Shown here piece by piece: positions 35,909 to 44,036 of a stretch of DNA of 64,000 nucleotides. Origin of the DNA: a virus (taxonomy: Duplodnaviria; Caudoviricetes); IMG/VR virus record IMGVR_UViG_2881096153_000005, positions 10,147 through 74,146 of that record; one strand, 5' to 3'. The position numbers and the translations under genes are program-made. Every line of letters begins with the position of its first letter. Position 1 is the first letter of the stretch. Under the pieces are notes generated by a model. It searched no databases, was not told the origin of the DNA, and worked only from the letters and a program-made list of their open reading frames with translations.

Positions 35909-36649
35909 ATGAAAGAAGTTAAGATAATAATTCCCTCGCACAAACGGGCGACCCGCGTCCGGACTACGAGTGCGGTCTATGGTGCTGCACTATGCGTCGA
36001 AGAAAGTCAGGCGGATCTGTACCGAAAGTGCAATCCCGGGATTGAGATCATAACGCACCCTGACAACGTGATCGGGCTGACCCGGAAACGGGACTGGATG
36101 ATCAGGAACATTGGTGATGTGTTTATGCTCGATGATGACATTGAGCACCTGAGCAGGATCTATACCGAACCGGGTGAAGAAACGGTGGTAGATCCGGAAG
36201 TGGCGCACGATATAATCCAGATGACTGCCCACGCTGCCTGGCAGGCGGGCGCTTATTTGTTTGGGTTCAGCTCGTCACCCACCCCAATTTCCTTTAACAG
36301 CCTGAACCCCGTACAGCTGAGCGGCTACGTGACCGGCTGCGCCCATGGCGTTCTGACTGGCTCGAAGCTTTGGTACAATGGTGATATTCACTGTAACGAA
36401 GATTATTGGATATCGCTTCTTAATGCGCACCATCACCGCCTGATCTGGAAGGACACACGGTTCTATTGGGCACAAAAGGACACTTTCGTGAACCGTGGTG
36501 GCCTGGCTGAATTTCGTAACGTGGAAAATGAGGAGAAAGATTTTCTGCTACTCCGAAAGGTGTTTGGTGACGTGGTTGAGTTGCGAAAGTCGAACGGAAA
36601 GTCTAAATTGGCACATGCGTTTCAGAAAAGTTTGAGACTGCCGTTTTAA
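35909..36649 (+). CDS. GT-A fold glycosyltransferase, TET-associated (TAGT/GREB1-like) type
   Basis: IIIPSHKRA, VFMLDDDI (DxD), CNEDYWISL and NRGGL motifs; follows a ParB-like gene. Confidence 0.72.
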   Translation: MKEVKIIIPSHKRATRVRTTSAVYGAALCVEESQADLYRKCNPGIEIITHPDNVIGLTRKRDWMIRNIGDVFMLDDDIEHLSRIYTEPGEETVVDPEVAHDIIQMTAHAAWQAGAYLFGFSSSPTPISFNSLNPVQLSGYVTGCAHGVLTGSKLWYNGDIHCNEDYWISLLNAHHHRLIWKDTRFYWAQKDTFVNRGGLAEFRNVENEEKDFLLLRKVFGDVVELRKSNGKSKLAHAFQKSLRLPF

Positions 36650-36670
36650 AATCCATAGAACCAAAGTGCT

Positions 36671-36701
36671 GCCCCTGGACAATTGTTCAGGGGCTTTTTT
36701 T
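36671..36701 (+). terminator. Intrinsic terminator
   Basis: GCCCCTGGAC-aatt-GTTCAGGGGC followed by seven Ts. Confidence 0.75.
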
Positions 36702-36840
36702 GTGTGGTCCTACATTTCCTGCTACTTTTTTCGCCCCTATTCCCTACCACGCAGCGCCATTCTCACGGGCGATTTTCAGCCCAAAAAACCTCAAAAAAAC
36801 TTCATTTTTCAGGAAAAATAAATGGTTCGTGGTGTTGTTA

Positions 36841-36913
36841 ATCCGTTCTGTCGGGAGATCTTTATATCAGTTAACAATCACATATTTAACCTTTTAACTC
36901 CAATTAAGCAATG
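36841..36913 (+). repeat. Duplicated promoter/leader, copy 1
   Basis: ATCCGTTCTGTCGGGAGAT(C/A)TTTATATCAGTTAA...CAATTAAGCAATG recurs at 38541-38612. Confidence 0.85.
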
Positions 36914-37621
36914 GAAAACGTAAGCACAATTTCGCAAAATGAAGTAGTAGTAGCCACTCGCCGGAACAAAGATCGTTTCCTGGAAGCGACCGGAAAATCA
37001 GAACAAGAGTATTACGCCTGGGCTACCTTAGTCGGGCAGCGTATGCACATTAACAAACTAGATGGGCTATTGTGTGCGAAAATCGGAATCTATACGGTTG
37101 CCCACCTAATTCACAAGCAAACGCAACTGCCACAGGGCATTGAGCAAAGCGAGGTGCAGGCGTACCTGATCGAAAACAGCAACAACCCCTATGAGCTCGC
37201 GCAGATTTGGTTGAGCCTAAAATCCGACGTCGAGAATTGGGTAAGCAAAGAAAGCATCCTGAATGAGTGGTTGACCGGCATCCGGAAAGAAGATTTTGAG
37301 GCGCACGGTGATCCCAATCATGCTGCGGATGTAAGCCGGGCGTGGTGGAAAAAGGACGCTGACGGTTTGGATGGTATTTTGCAAGAAATAAACAGTATGG
37401 AATTTTTGAATACGGAAATCAGCCTGAGCGATGCCATCGAGTTCATTCGGGCCAACCGCCCAGGGCGGTGGATTTGCCCCGCACTTACCGCGCAGAAATT
37501 AGTCGAGAGCCGGTTCAAGACCTTGACCACGTTCAACATCAAGGACTACTACGTAGAGCACCTGTTGAAAATGTGCCGAATCGAAACGGAACTGATTGCA
37601 GACGAAGATCTGCCGTTTTAA
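36911..37621 (+). CDS. Hypothetical protein
   Basis: 236 aa, with its own leader and terminator (37631-37657). Confidence 0.7.
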   Translation: MENVSTISQNEVVVATRRNKDRFLEATGKSEQEYYAWATLVGQRMHINKLDGLLCAKIGIYTVAHLIHKQTQLPQGIEQSEVQAYLIENSNNPYELAQIWLSLKSDVENWVSKESILNEWLTGIRKEDFEAHGDPNHAADVSRAWWKKDADGLDGILQEINSMEFLNTEISLSDAIEFIRANRPGRWICPALTAQKLVESRFKTLTTFNIKDYYVEHLLKMCRIETELIADEDLPF

Positions 37622-37681
37622 TCACCTACCAGGCCCCGAGCGATCGGGGCCTTTTTTGTTTCACCGAAAATCAAAATACTT

Positions 37682-38476
37682 ATGAGCAATATGCAAGACG
37701 CCCCGCGGCAAGTGAGGCCGATGGTGGATGTACTGAAAGAGTTTGGGGAGTACCGTTTCGACCCGGCAGACGTTTTCCGGGATTTTATAGATTATGGCAT
37801 TGGCTGCCTGCTGGTCCACGGTGATCTGGACATGGGCAAACGCCTGCTGGATAAGTATGGAGCCGATTATGCGAAGTTCGGCACGATGCTCCGGGCGTGG
37901 ATTGGGATTCTGGATAAGGAAGTGGCAGGCGATGGACAATGGTTTGATGCTTTGGGCTCGCTGTATGAATATTTGGCCAGCCAAAACAAACGCAGTTGGT
38001 TGGGGCAGTTTTTCACCCCTGCCTCAGTCTGCGACCTGATGACCATGCTAACGATCCAAAACATAGAAGGGACTGGCAAGCGGGTGAATGATCCTGCCGT
38101 GGGAAGCGGCCGCACGCTGCTCTCCATCAATAGTCGGTGGCCAGGCAATTATATGTTTGGCGAAGACATCGACCCGATTTGTGCCAAGATGGCGGCGCTG
38201 AATTTGGCCTTTCATGGTGCCCAGGGACAGATTAGCTGTTTGGATTCGCTGCGCCTTAACAGCTGGAAATTTGGTTACGAGCTTAACCCCTACCACCGTC
38301 ACGGAGCGCCGCCGATTCCGCACCTGCTGCCGATTACGGAAGAAGGCAGCGTGGTGATGCAACACTGGCGGCAGCGAGTGCCCGACGTGGTTCAACAGCC
38401 GGTTGAAAAAGTGGCCAAACCTGCCCCGATACCAGAACCCAAACCTGTGTTTACGAGCCAATTGAGCTTGTTTTAG
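37682..38476 (+). CDS. N6-adenine DNA methylase-like protein (HsdM-type SAM-binding domain, truncated)
   Basis: LGQFFTP, VNDPAVGSGRTLL, GEDIDPICAKMA.LNL; no NPPF/Y motif. Confidence 0.78.
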   Translation: MSNMQDAPRQVRPMVDVLKEFGEYRFDPADVFRDFIDYGIGCLLVHGDLDMGKRLLDKYGADYAKFGTMLRAWIGILDKEVAGDGQWFDALGSLYEYLASQNKRSWLGQFFTPASVCDLMTMLTIQNIEGTGKRVNDPAVGSGRTLLSINSRWPGNYMFGEDIDPICAKMAALNLAFHGAQGQISCLDSLRLNSWKFGYELNPYHRHGAPPIPHLLPITEEGSVVMQHWRQRVPDVVQQPVEKVAKPAPIPEPKPVFTSQLSLF

Positions 38477-38479
38477 GAG

Positions 38480-38512
38480 AAAAATGGCTATCGGATTGAT
38501 AGCCATTTTTTT
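38480..38512 (+). terminator. Intrinsic (likely bidirectional) terminator
   Basis: AAAAATGGCTATC-ggatt-GATAGCCATTTTTTT. Confidence 0.75.
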
Positions 38513-38540
38513 AAAAAATAAATGGACTGCGGAGTTGTAT

Positions 38541-38612
38541 ATCCGTTCTGTCGGGAGATATTTATATCAGTTAAGTATCACATAATTAATCAATTAACTC
38601 AATTAAGCAATG
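38541..38612 (+). repeat. Duplicated promoter/leader, copy 2
   Basis: See 36841-36913. Confidence 0.85.
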
Positions 38613-38780
38613 AGGAATTTTAGCGAAAAAATCAGGTCCAAGCTTCGGCTAATCATGCAGCGTGCCTGGGGGTTATTCAGAAAAGGCGTTGTCAGTTTTT
38701 CGATGAGTCTCCGGCTCTCCTGGTCCATCCAGAAAGGCAAAATGAATGAAGGTCAACTCGCAAAACTGCTGAAACGATGA
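38610..38780 (+). CDS. Small basic protein (56 aa, below ORF-track cut-off)
   Basis: Translated by hand: MRNFSEKIRSKLRLIMQRAWGLFRKGVVSFSMSLRLSWSIQKG...; starts right after CAATTAAGCA. Confidence 0.6.
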   Translation: MRNFSEKIRSKLRLIMQRAWGLFRKGVVSFSMSLRLSWSIQKGKMNEGQLAKLLKR

Positions 38781-38941
38781 AAAGAAAGGATTTCAAAAAG
38801 CTGACACCGGTGGAGCAGGCAGCGCTCCGGGAGCTGATCGCCAACCAACCAAACGCCCTGGGCGGCGTACATCGGGAAAAGAAAAAAGGATATACCGATC
38901 TCCCGTTGTTTTTCAAGGACGATCAGACTAAACTGTTCTGA
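38777..38941 (+). CDS. Small hypothetical protein (54 aa)
   Basis: ATGA overlap with the previous stop; MKRKDFKKLTPVEQAALRELIA...DQTKLF. Confidence 0.5.
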   Translation: MKRKDFKKLTPVEQAALRELIANQPNALGGVHREKKKGYTDLPLFFKDDQTKLF

Positions 38942-39012
38942 AATAACAAAAGCCCGCCTTGGGAGCGGGCTTTCAGTCAATCAGTAATTAAACTAACTAA
39001 CCTCAATTAAGC

Positions 39013-39201
39013 ATGTCAAAGGTAGCGCAAAAAATCACAAAAAGGAAGGTCGGCTCGAAATACTGCCGCAGAATTAGAAACAGAGCGGTATGGGCCCCAT
39101 CGCTAAATCTTGCCGGGATCTGGATGCGGGATGCAGGGTTCAAGATCGGTGAGCGAGTAGATGTAATAGTAGTTAAGGGCAAGATAATCATTCAGAACTA
39201 A
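39013..39201 (+). CDS. symE: SymE-family toxin-like protein (AbrB fold)
   Basis: PSLNLAGIWMRDAGFKIGERVDVIVVKGKIII matches the SymE pattern P.L.L.G.W...AGF..G..V.V.V..G.I.I. Confidence 0.75.
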   Translation: MSKVAQKITKRKVGSKYCRRIRNRAVWAPSLNLAGIWMRDAGFKIGERVDVIVVKGKIIIQN

Positions 39202-39770
39202 TGGGAAAGTACGACATAACGACACAAAACGAATACGATTTCTTTGAGGTCAGCTCGGCAATGCAAAAGTGCATCCGCAGGGGAATGGAGGAAGAAGCTC
39301 TCTATTGGGCGGTGGAGCTCTACAATTCTGGATACAGCGAATATGTATGGAAGCGGCTCCGGATCATGAGCAGTGAGGATGTTGGGTTGGCGCATCCATC
39401 CATTTCATCAGAGATTTGGGCGCTTTACTGCATGTTTAAGGAACAGGCAAAGAAGAAGGAGGATAAGAACGAGCCGCAGCGCCTGTTTCTCACGCATGCG
39501 GTTTTCATCCTTGCCCGATCGCGCAAGAGCCGGCTAATTGATTGGGCGCTGCTCTGGGCATGGATCACGCATAAGTTTCGTAGGCTCGAAATCCCTGATT
39601 TTGCCTACGACAAGCACAACGAACGTGGTCGGCAGCAAAAACGTGGATGGGGTCACTTCTTTCGGGAAGGCACTCAATTGGAAAACCCGGCAGACGTCTG
39701 GAAGGAAGATGAGTATCGACGTCGGGCGATGAAGGCGATTGAAGATCCGGAGGGGATGGGTTTGTTTTAA
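39201..39770 (+). CDS. Stand-alone MgsA/RarA C-terminal-like helical domain protein
   Basis: SAMQKCIRRG..EEALYWA......VWKRL....SEDVGLA and PDFAYDKH...G; no Walker motifs. Confidence 0.72.
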   Translation: MGKYDITTQNEYDFFEVSSAMQKCIRRGMEEEALYWAVELYNSGYSEYVWKRLRIMSSEDVGLAHPSISSEIWALYCMFKEQAKKKEDKNEPQRLFLTHAVFILARSRKSRLIDWALLWAWITHKFRRLEIPDFAYDKHNERGRQQKRGWGHFFREGTQLENPADVWKEDEYRRRAMKAIEDPEGMGLF

Positions 39771-39837
39771 CTAAAAGTGTCCTATTGTGAGTGAAAGTCA
39801 CGGTGCATTTTGCATCGTGACTTTTTTGCTATTAGCT

Positions 39838-40380
39838 ATGAATGAATTAGAAAAAATGCCTCCTGGGGACTTCCTGCCCGAAAAAGGCAAACACAAGCTC
39901 GACAAGTTCAAGGACCATCTTGTTGCTCAGGTGCCACTATCTGCCAGGGATCAGGAGTATTTTGAAAAAATGAAAAAAGCCTGGTCGTGGGCGACAAAGA
40001 TGTTCTCGCCACAAAAAGTAGTCGAGATGCTGCACAACGAGTATGGCCACGAGAAAACCCACGCCTATCAGATTCTTCGGGATAGTTATGCGCTGTGGGG
40101 TGATGCCTATGACCTGGACAAAAAAGGAGCGGCAAAGGTACTCGTCGAGTCTGCGTATGTTGCCCTGCAAATTGCAGTACGTGACAAAAACGGTGAACTG
40201 ATCCTAAAAGCGGTCAAGGAGCTGCGCGAGCTCCAACAAATTGATAAGCTCGAAACAGCGATTTCTCCTGAGCAGGCCATGCCGCCAGGTACGCGAGTGT
40301 ATGTCTTTACTGCCCCCACGCAAAATGAGGGTACTGGTTCTGGAAAGGAGGTGGAAGATGGGGAATATAGTGTTGAATAG
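39838..40380 (+). CDS. Probable terminase small subunit
   Basis: Directly upstream of and overlapping terL; helical; preceded by the late-promoter motif at 39779. Confidence 0.55.
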   Translation: MNELEKMPPGDFLPEKGKHKLDKFKDHLVAQVPLSARDQEYFEKMKKAWSWATKMFSPQKVVEMLHNEYGHEKTHAYQILRDSYALWGDAYDLDKKGAAKVLVESAYVALQIAVRDKNGELILKAVKELRELQQIDKLETAISPEQAMPPGTRVYVFTAPTQNEGTGSGKEVEDGEYSVE

Positions 40381-41947
40381 TCGAGAGATACAGATCAACG
40401 TCAATCCTGCGCAGGGTCGGTTTCTTCATGCTTTGATGGAGAATGAAGCCGATTTTGAGAAAAACGGCAAAATGTATCAGACTGGTTTTCGAGCAACTTT
40501 CAACGGTGGGCGTGGATCCGGAAAAACCAATGTGCTAATGAAATTGCTGGCGGAAGTGGCATTTGCCCTGCCTCGATCTAAGGTTGGGCTTGCCTCCATG
40601 ACCTATCGACACGTGCAAGACGTTGTACTTTCACAGAGCCGAAAGGTTTTCGAGGACTATGGCTTGTACGAATATGACCCCAAGGTTCGCCCATGGGGTC
40701 ACTACACACTCAACCGCCGACCGCCCGAAACTTGGTGGCATCCCTACGAAGGGATTAATACGTACGAAAACTGTATCTGCTTCAAGAACGGATGTACGAT
40801 CGTATTTCTTTCCGCCGATCGCCCGGACACAGCACGTGGATTGAACCTCGATGTGCTGCTAATGGACGAGAGCTTTAAGTTGAAAGAGGACTTCTATAAT
40901 ACCGTATTGCGTAAAACGGTACGAGCTAACAAGTATTTGTATGCGGATCCACGTCCGCACAGGAAAGGTTTCAACCATCCACTTCATTGGCTCATTGCCG
41001 ATTTCACGTCCGCAGCATGGACCCCTGAACAGCAGTGGATCTACCGCACCGAGGAGCTCATGAAGAAAGACCCGAAGCGCTACTATTTTCAGGAAGCGAC
41101 TGCCTACGATAACCTCGATAATTTACCAGGGAACTTCATCGAAACAGAACGTGAATCCTGCGCAGACGAAATGACCTTTGAGGTCGAGATCCTGAACCGG
41201 CGCGTGATCAGGCTGAACAACGCCTATTATCCATCGCTAAGTACGAGCCGTCACACTTACAATGAAATGTACGACTATCAGTTCGATGACAAGTCTCGAC
41301 TGTATGTTCACAAGCGTATCGACTATGATGAAAACAAGCCCCTCGAAATCAGCTGCGATTTTAACGCACGGTTTACCTGTATGGTTATTGCTCAGGAGTT
41401 TCCGAGCGAGCTGCGTTTCATAGATAATATCTTTGTCAAGCGTGCCAATACTACCCTGGTTGAAGAAATGGCTACTATATTCTGTACCAGGTACAAGGCC
41501 CACAAAAAGAGGGTGCTGTTTTTATACGGTGATAGTTCTGGAAAGAAGGGTGATCCTGGTAGAACTACTACCCACTATCAACAACTAATCCAAGTACTTA
41601 GAAATAATGGGTGGTCGATTAAGGACTGCGTACAACAATCCTACCCTCCTTACAAAATACGCTACCGTGTAGTGAATACTATCCTATCTGAATCTAAGCC
41701 CTCTATACCTCGTATACGTATCAACGAGATAGAGTGTAAGTCACTACTCATTAGCCTCCAGCATGCACCAATCATTAGTGACAACTTCGAGAAAGACAAA
41801 CGTTCAGAGAACAATGAAAAGCTTGATCAGCAATATGCAACACACTTAAGCGATGCATTCGATTACATTGTATTCAAGAAGTTCTCACGTATTGTCCCAA
41901 TCACAAGCTCAGGATCAAGGCGCATGAGAACATCCAATGCCGCTTAA
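40358..41947 (+). CDS. terL: Terminase large subunit
   Basis: Walker A GGRGSGKT, ARGLN, Walker B LLMDES, nuclease motifs SCDFN, YGDSSG and HLSDAFDY. Confidence 0.92.
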   Translation: MGNIVLNSREIQINVNPAQGRFLHALMENEADFEKNGKMYQTGFRATFNGGRGSGKTNVLMKLLAEVAFALPRSKVGLASMTYRHVQDVVLSQSRKVFEDYGLYEYDPKVRPWGHYTLNRRPPETWWHPYEGINTYENCICFKNGCTIVFLSADRPDTARGLNLDVLLMDESFKLKEDFYNTVLRKTVRANKYLYADPRPHRKGFNHPLHWLIADFTSAAWTPEQQWIYRTEELMKKDPKRYYFQEATAYDNLDNLPGNFIETERESCADEMTFEVEILNRRVIRLNNAYYPSLSTSRHTYNEMYDYQFDDKSRLYVHKRIDYDENKPLEISCDFNARFTCMVIAQEFPSELRFIDNIFVKRANTTLVEEMATIFCTRYKAHKKRVLFLYGDSSGKKGDPGRTTTHYQQLIQVLRNNGWSIKDCVQQSYPPYKIRYRVVNTILSESKPSIPRIRINEIECKSLLISLQHAPIISDNFEKDKRSENNEKLDQQYATHLSDAFDYIVFKKFSRIVPITSSGSRRMRTSNAA

Positions 41948-41992
41948 CAAACTAAAAGTTTCTCATCAAGGCGCATGAAGACATCCAACGCC
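41914..41992 (+). repeat. 28-bp direct repeat spanning the terL stop
   Basis: ATCAAGGCGCATGAGAACATCCAATGCC (41914-41941) and ATCAAGGCGCATGAAGACATCCAACGCC (41965-41992). Confidence 0.8.
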
Positions 41993-42353
41993 TCTTGACT
42001 TCACATTTAGAAATCCGAAACGATCCATTGTTTCGGATTTCAATTTAAATCCGAAAATTTCAATTTTTTGAATTTTTTGAATTTTGATCGACACGACTAT
42101 TGCCACAAACCACGAATCGAATAAGTCATTGACGATCAAGCCGAAAACGAGCCTGCATATATTCACAAAAACGATTTGGCAATTGCCTTTTCGATATAGG
42201 GCGGGCAACCCCTTTAAAGGGAAGCGGAATGTTAAAGCCGTTTTTCGGAGCTAACTGCCTGAAAGTCAAAATTGAGAGTCTTGGAAACAGCGGAATGGCG
42301 TTTCTGTGAAAAATCGTCCTACTGGATTAGGGTTGATTGAGCGAATTTTCAGC

Positions 42354-42659
42354 ATGGGAACAATATACATACGTGACGTTCGGCGGCAGGTAGACCTGTT
42401 GACGAAGTTTGGAGACCAGACCTTTTCGATCACCTACCGGAAAAAGGACGGGAGCTACGGTGAGAAGAAAAATTGCAGAAACAGGTCCGCAGATGTGAAG
42501 CACCAAAAGTCGGATCTGCTTAGCATTCGGCAGGCGAGCCGTCGCGCTGGATACTTGCGTTTTGAGTTTCGCGACCAGGGCGGGCGGTGGCTGAAACGGG
42601 AGATCCTGTTTTGCCTACTGGTAAGTTTTAACGGCCACATAATTGACCACAATTTCTAA
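42354..42659 (+). CDS. Hypothetical protein upstream of portal
   Basis: ATG at 42354, downstream of the GTCCT motif at 42316. Confidence 0.6.
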   Translation: MGTIYIRDVRRQVDLLTKFGDQTFSITYRKKDGSYGEKKNCRNRSADVKHQKSDLLSIRQASRRAGYLRFEFRDQGGRWLKREILFCLLVSFNGHIIDHNF

Positions 42660-42665
42660 TTCTAT

Positions 42666-44036
42666 ATGGCGATCGAAAAAATTAAAGTTGGTACGCGCAG
42701 AATCGCAATGACGAAGCATGCCGACGCTGGGCAACGTGACACGACCGGTGTGAAACCCGGCACGGAGCGCACCGTGAATGTTGACAAGAAAAGCTACATC
42801 TATTACCCGTGGGGTGACAATAATATATTGCCCAACGAACGGGTAAAGTTGCTCCGGAGCAATGGCGATGCGCAGAACCTGGTACAAGCTCGAATCGATT
42901 TTTTGTACGGTGGTGGTTTTGGTTTCTTCAAGCACGTGAAAAAGGATAACATCATTATCCGGGAGCCATTCACAAACGATGCAATTGAAGAATACATTGA
43001 TGCCTACAATGTGCCTGATTTGAGTGAGGTAATTGATCGGGCGTTAACCTCCATTGTCGAAACGGGTAATGCATTTATCCGGAGAAATGTAGTTGAAGAT
43101 TTGCCGATATATTCCGTGAAAGATTCTCTTATCATGCGGGCAACCCTTGCTGATCCGATCGTGAAAACGTATTTGCTCTGTCCGGATTGGACGGATCAGG
43201 ATGCGATGGATAAGCATACCTCGGTTATGCCTGCCTACAATCCTGAAAGTACGGACGTTATGGACTCCATTGTTCACCTACGCCCATACCAAAGCGGCCA
43301 ACCCTACTACGGGTATGCGCAGTATTGGGGTGATCAATCCGTTCACTGGATTGAGGTCATGAACTACATTGCCAGCTCGATGATTGGCACGGTGAAGCAC
43401 AACAAGAACCTTGCCCACGTGGTCCGGGTAGCGAGCAGGTACTTCGATGAAATGGCGGCAAGTGCTTCGCTGGATGATACGACCTCCGACGAACCGGAAG
43501 ATTTCGAGAAGCAGAAAGACAAGGCCCGCGACGAATTTTACAAGTCAATTGAAAATATCTTTTCTGAGAAAAACGACACCGGCCCCCGATTGATTTTCGA
43601 CGAATGCGACCTCACGCCTGACGGCAAACTTTCCGGATTCATCCAATTTGAAGAAATTAAGCGATCGCTTAATGCGAAGGAGCTGAATGAAGCCTATCAG
43701 CTTGCGTTACTTGCGTTTTCAAACGCCTCCCGAATGCTGCCAAGTTTGGCCGGCGTCTCAGACGGCAAGATGCTCGGCGGCTCCGGATCAGAACTGAAAG
43801 TGGCTGCCAACTTCCAGCAACACTTCCGCACCGCACGGGAAAGAAAGCTGATCACCGGGTTATTCAACAGCGATGTGAAGAAAGCATTGAAGCTCCCGAA
43901 AGATGTGTATGCTGGTTTTCATGACATTCTCTTGGTCTCCGACGACAAAAACCCCGCTGGCGTTGAGCAGAAAAAAACATCTGGACTGAAACAGGAAACA
44001 GGCGACAAAGCCGAAGAAACCGACACAGAAAAATGA
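42666..44036 (+). CDS. Portal protein (probable)
   Basis: 456 aa after terL; YPWGDNN.LP, PYYG..QY and LAGV....GGSGSE..VA patterns of Bacteroidota phage portals. Confidence 0.75.
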   Translation: MAIEKIKVGTRRIAMTKHADAGQRDTTGVKPGTERTVNVDKKSYIYYPWGDNNILPNERVKLLRSNGDAQNLVQARIDFLYGGGFGFFKHVKKDNIIIREPFTNDAIEEYIDAYNVPDLSEVIDRALTSIVETGNAFIRRNVVEDLPIYSVKDSLIMRATLADPIVKTYLLCPDWTDQDAMDKHTSVMPAYNPESTDVMDSIVHLRPYQSGQPYYGYAQYWGDQSVHWIEVMNYIASSMIGTVKHNKNLAHVVRVASRYFDEMAASASLDDTTSDEPEDFEKQKDKARDEFYKSIENIFSEKNDTGPRLIFDECDLTPDGKLSGFIQFEEIKRSLNAKELNEAYQLALLAFSNASRMLPSLAGVSDGKMLGGSGSELKVAANFQQHFRTARERKLITGLFNSDVKKALKLPKDVYAGFHDILLVSDDKNPAGVEQKKTSGLKQETGDKAEETDTEK

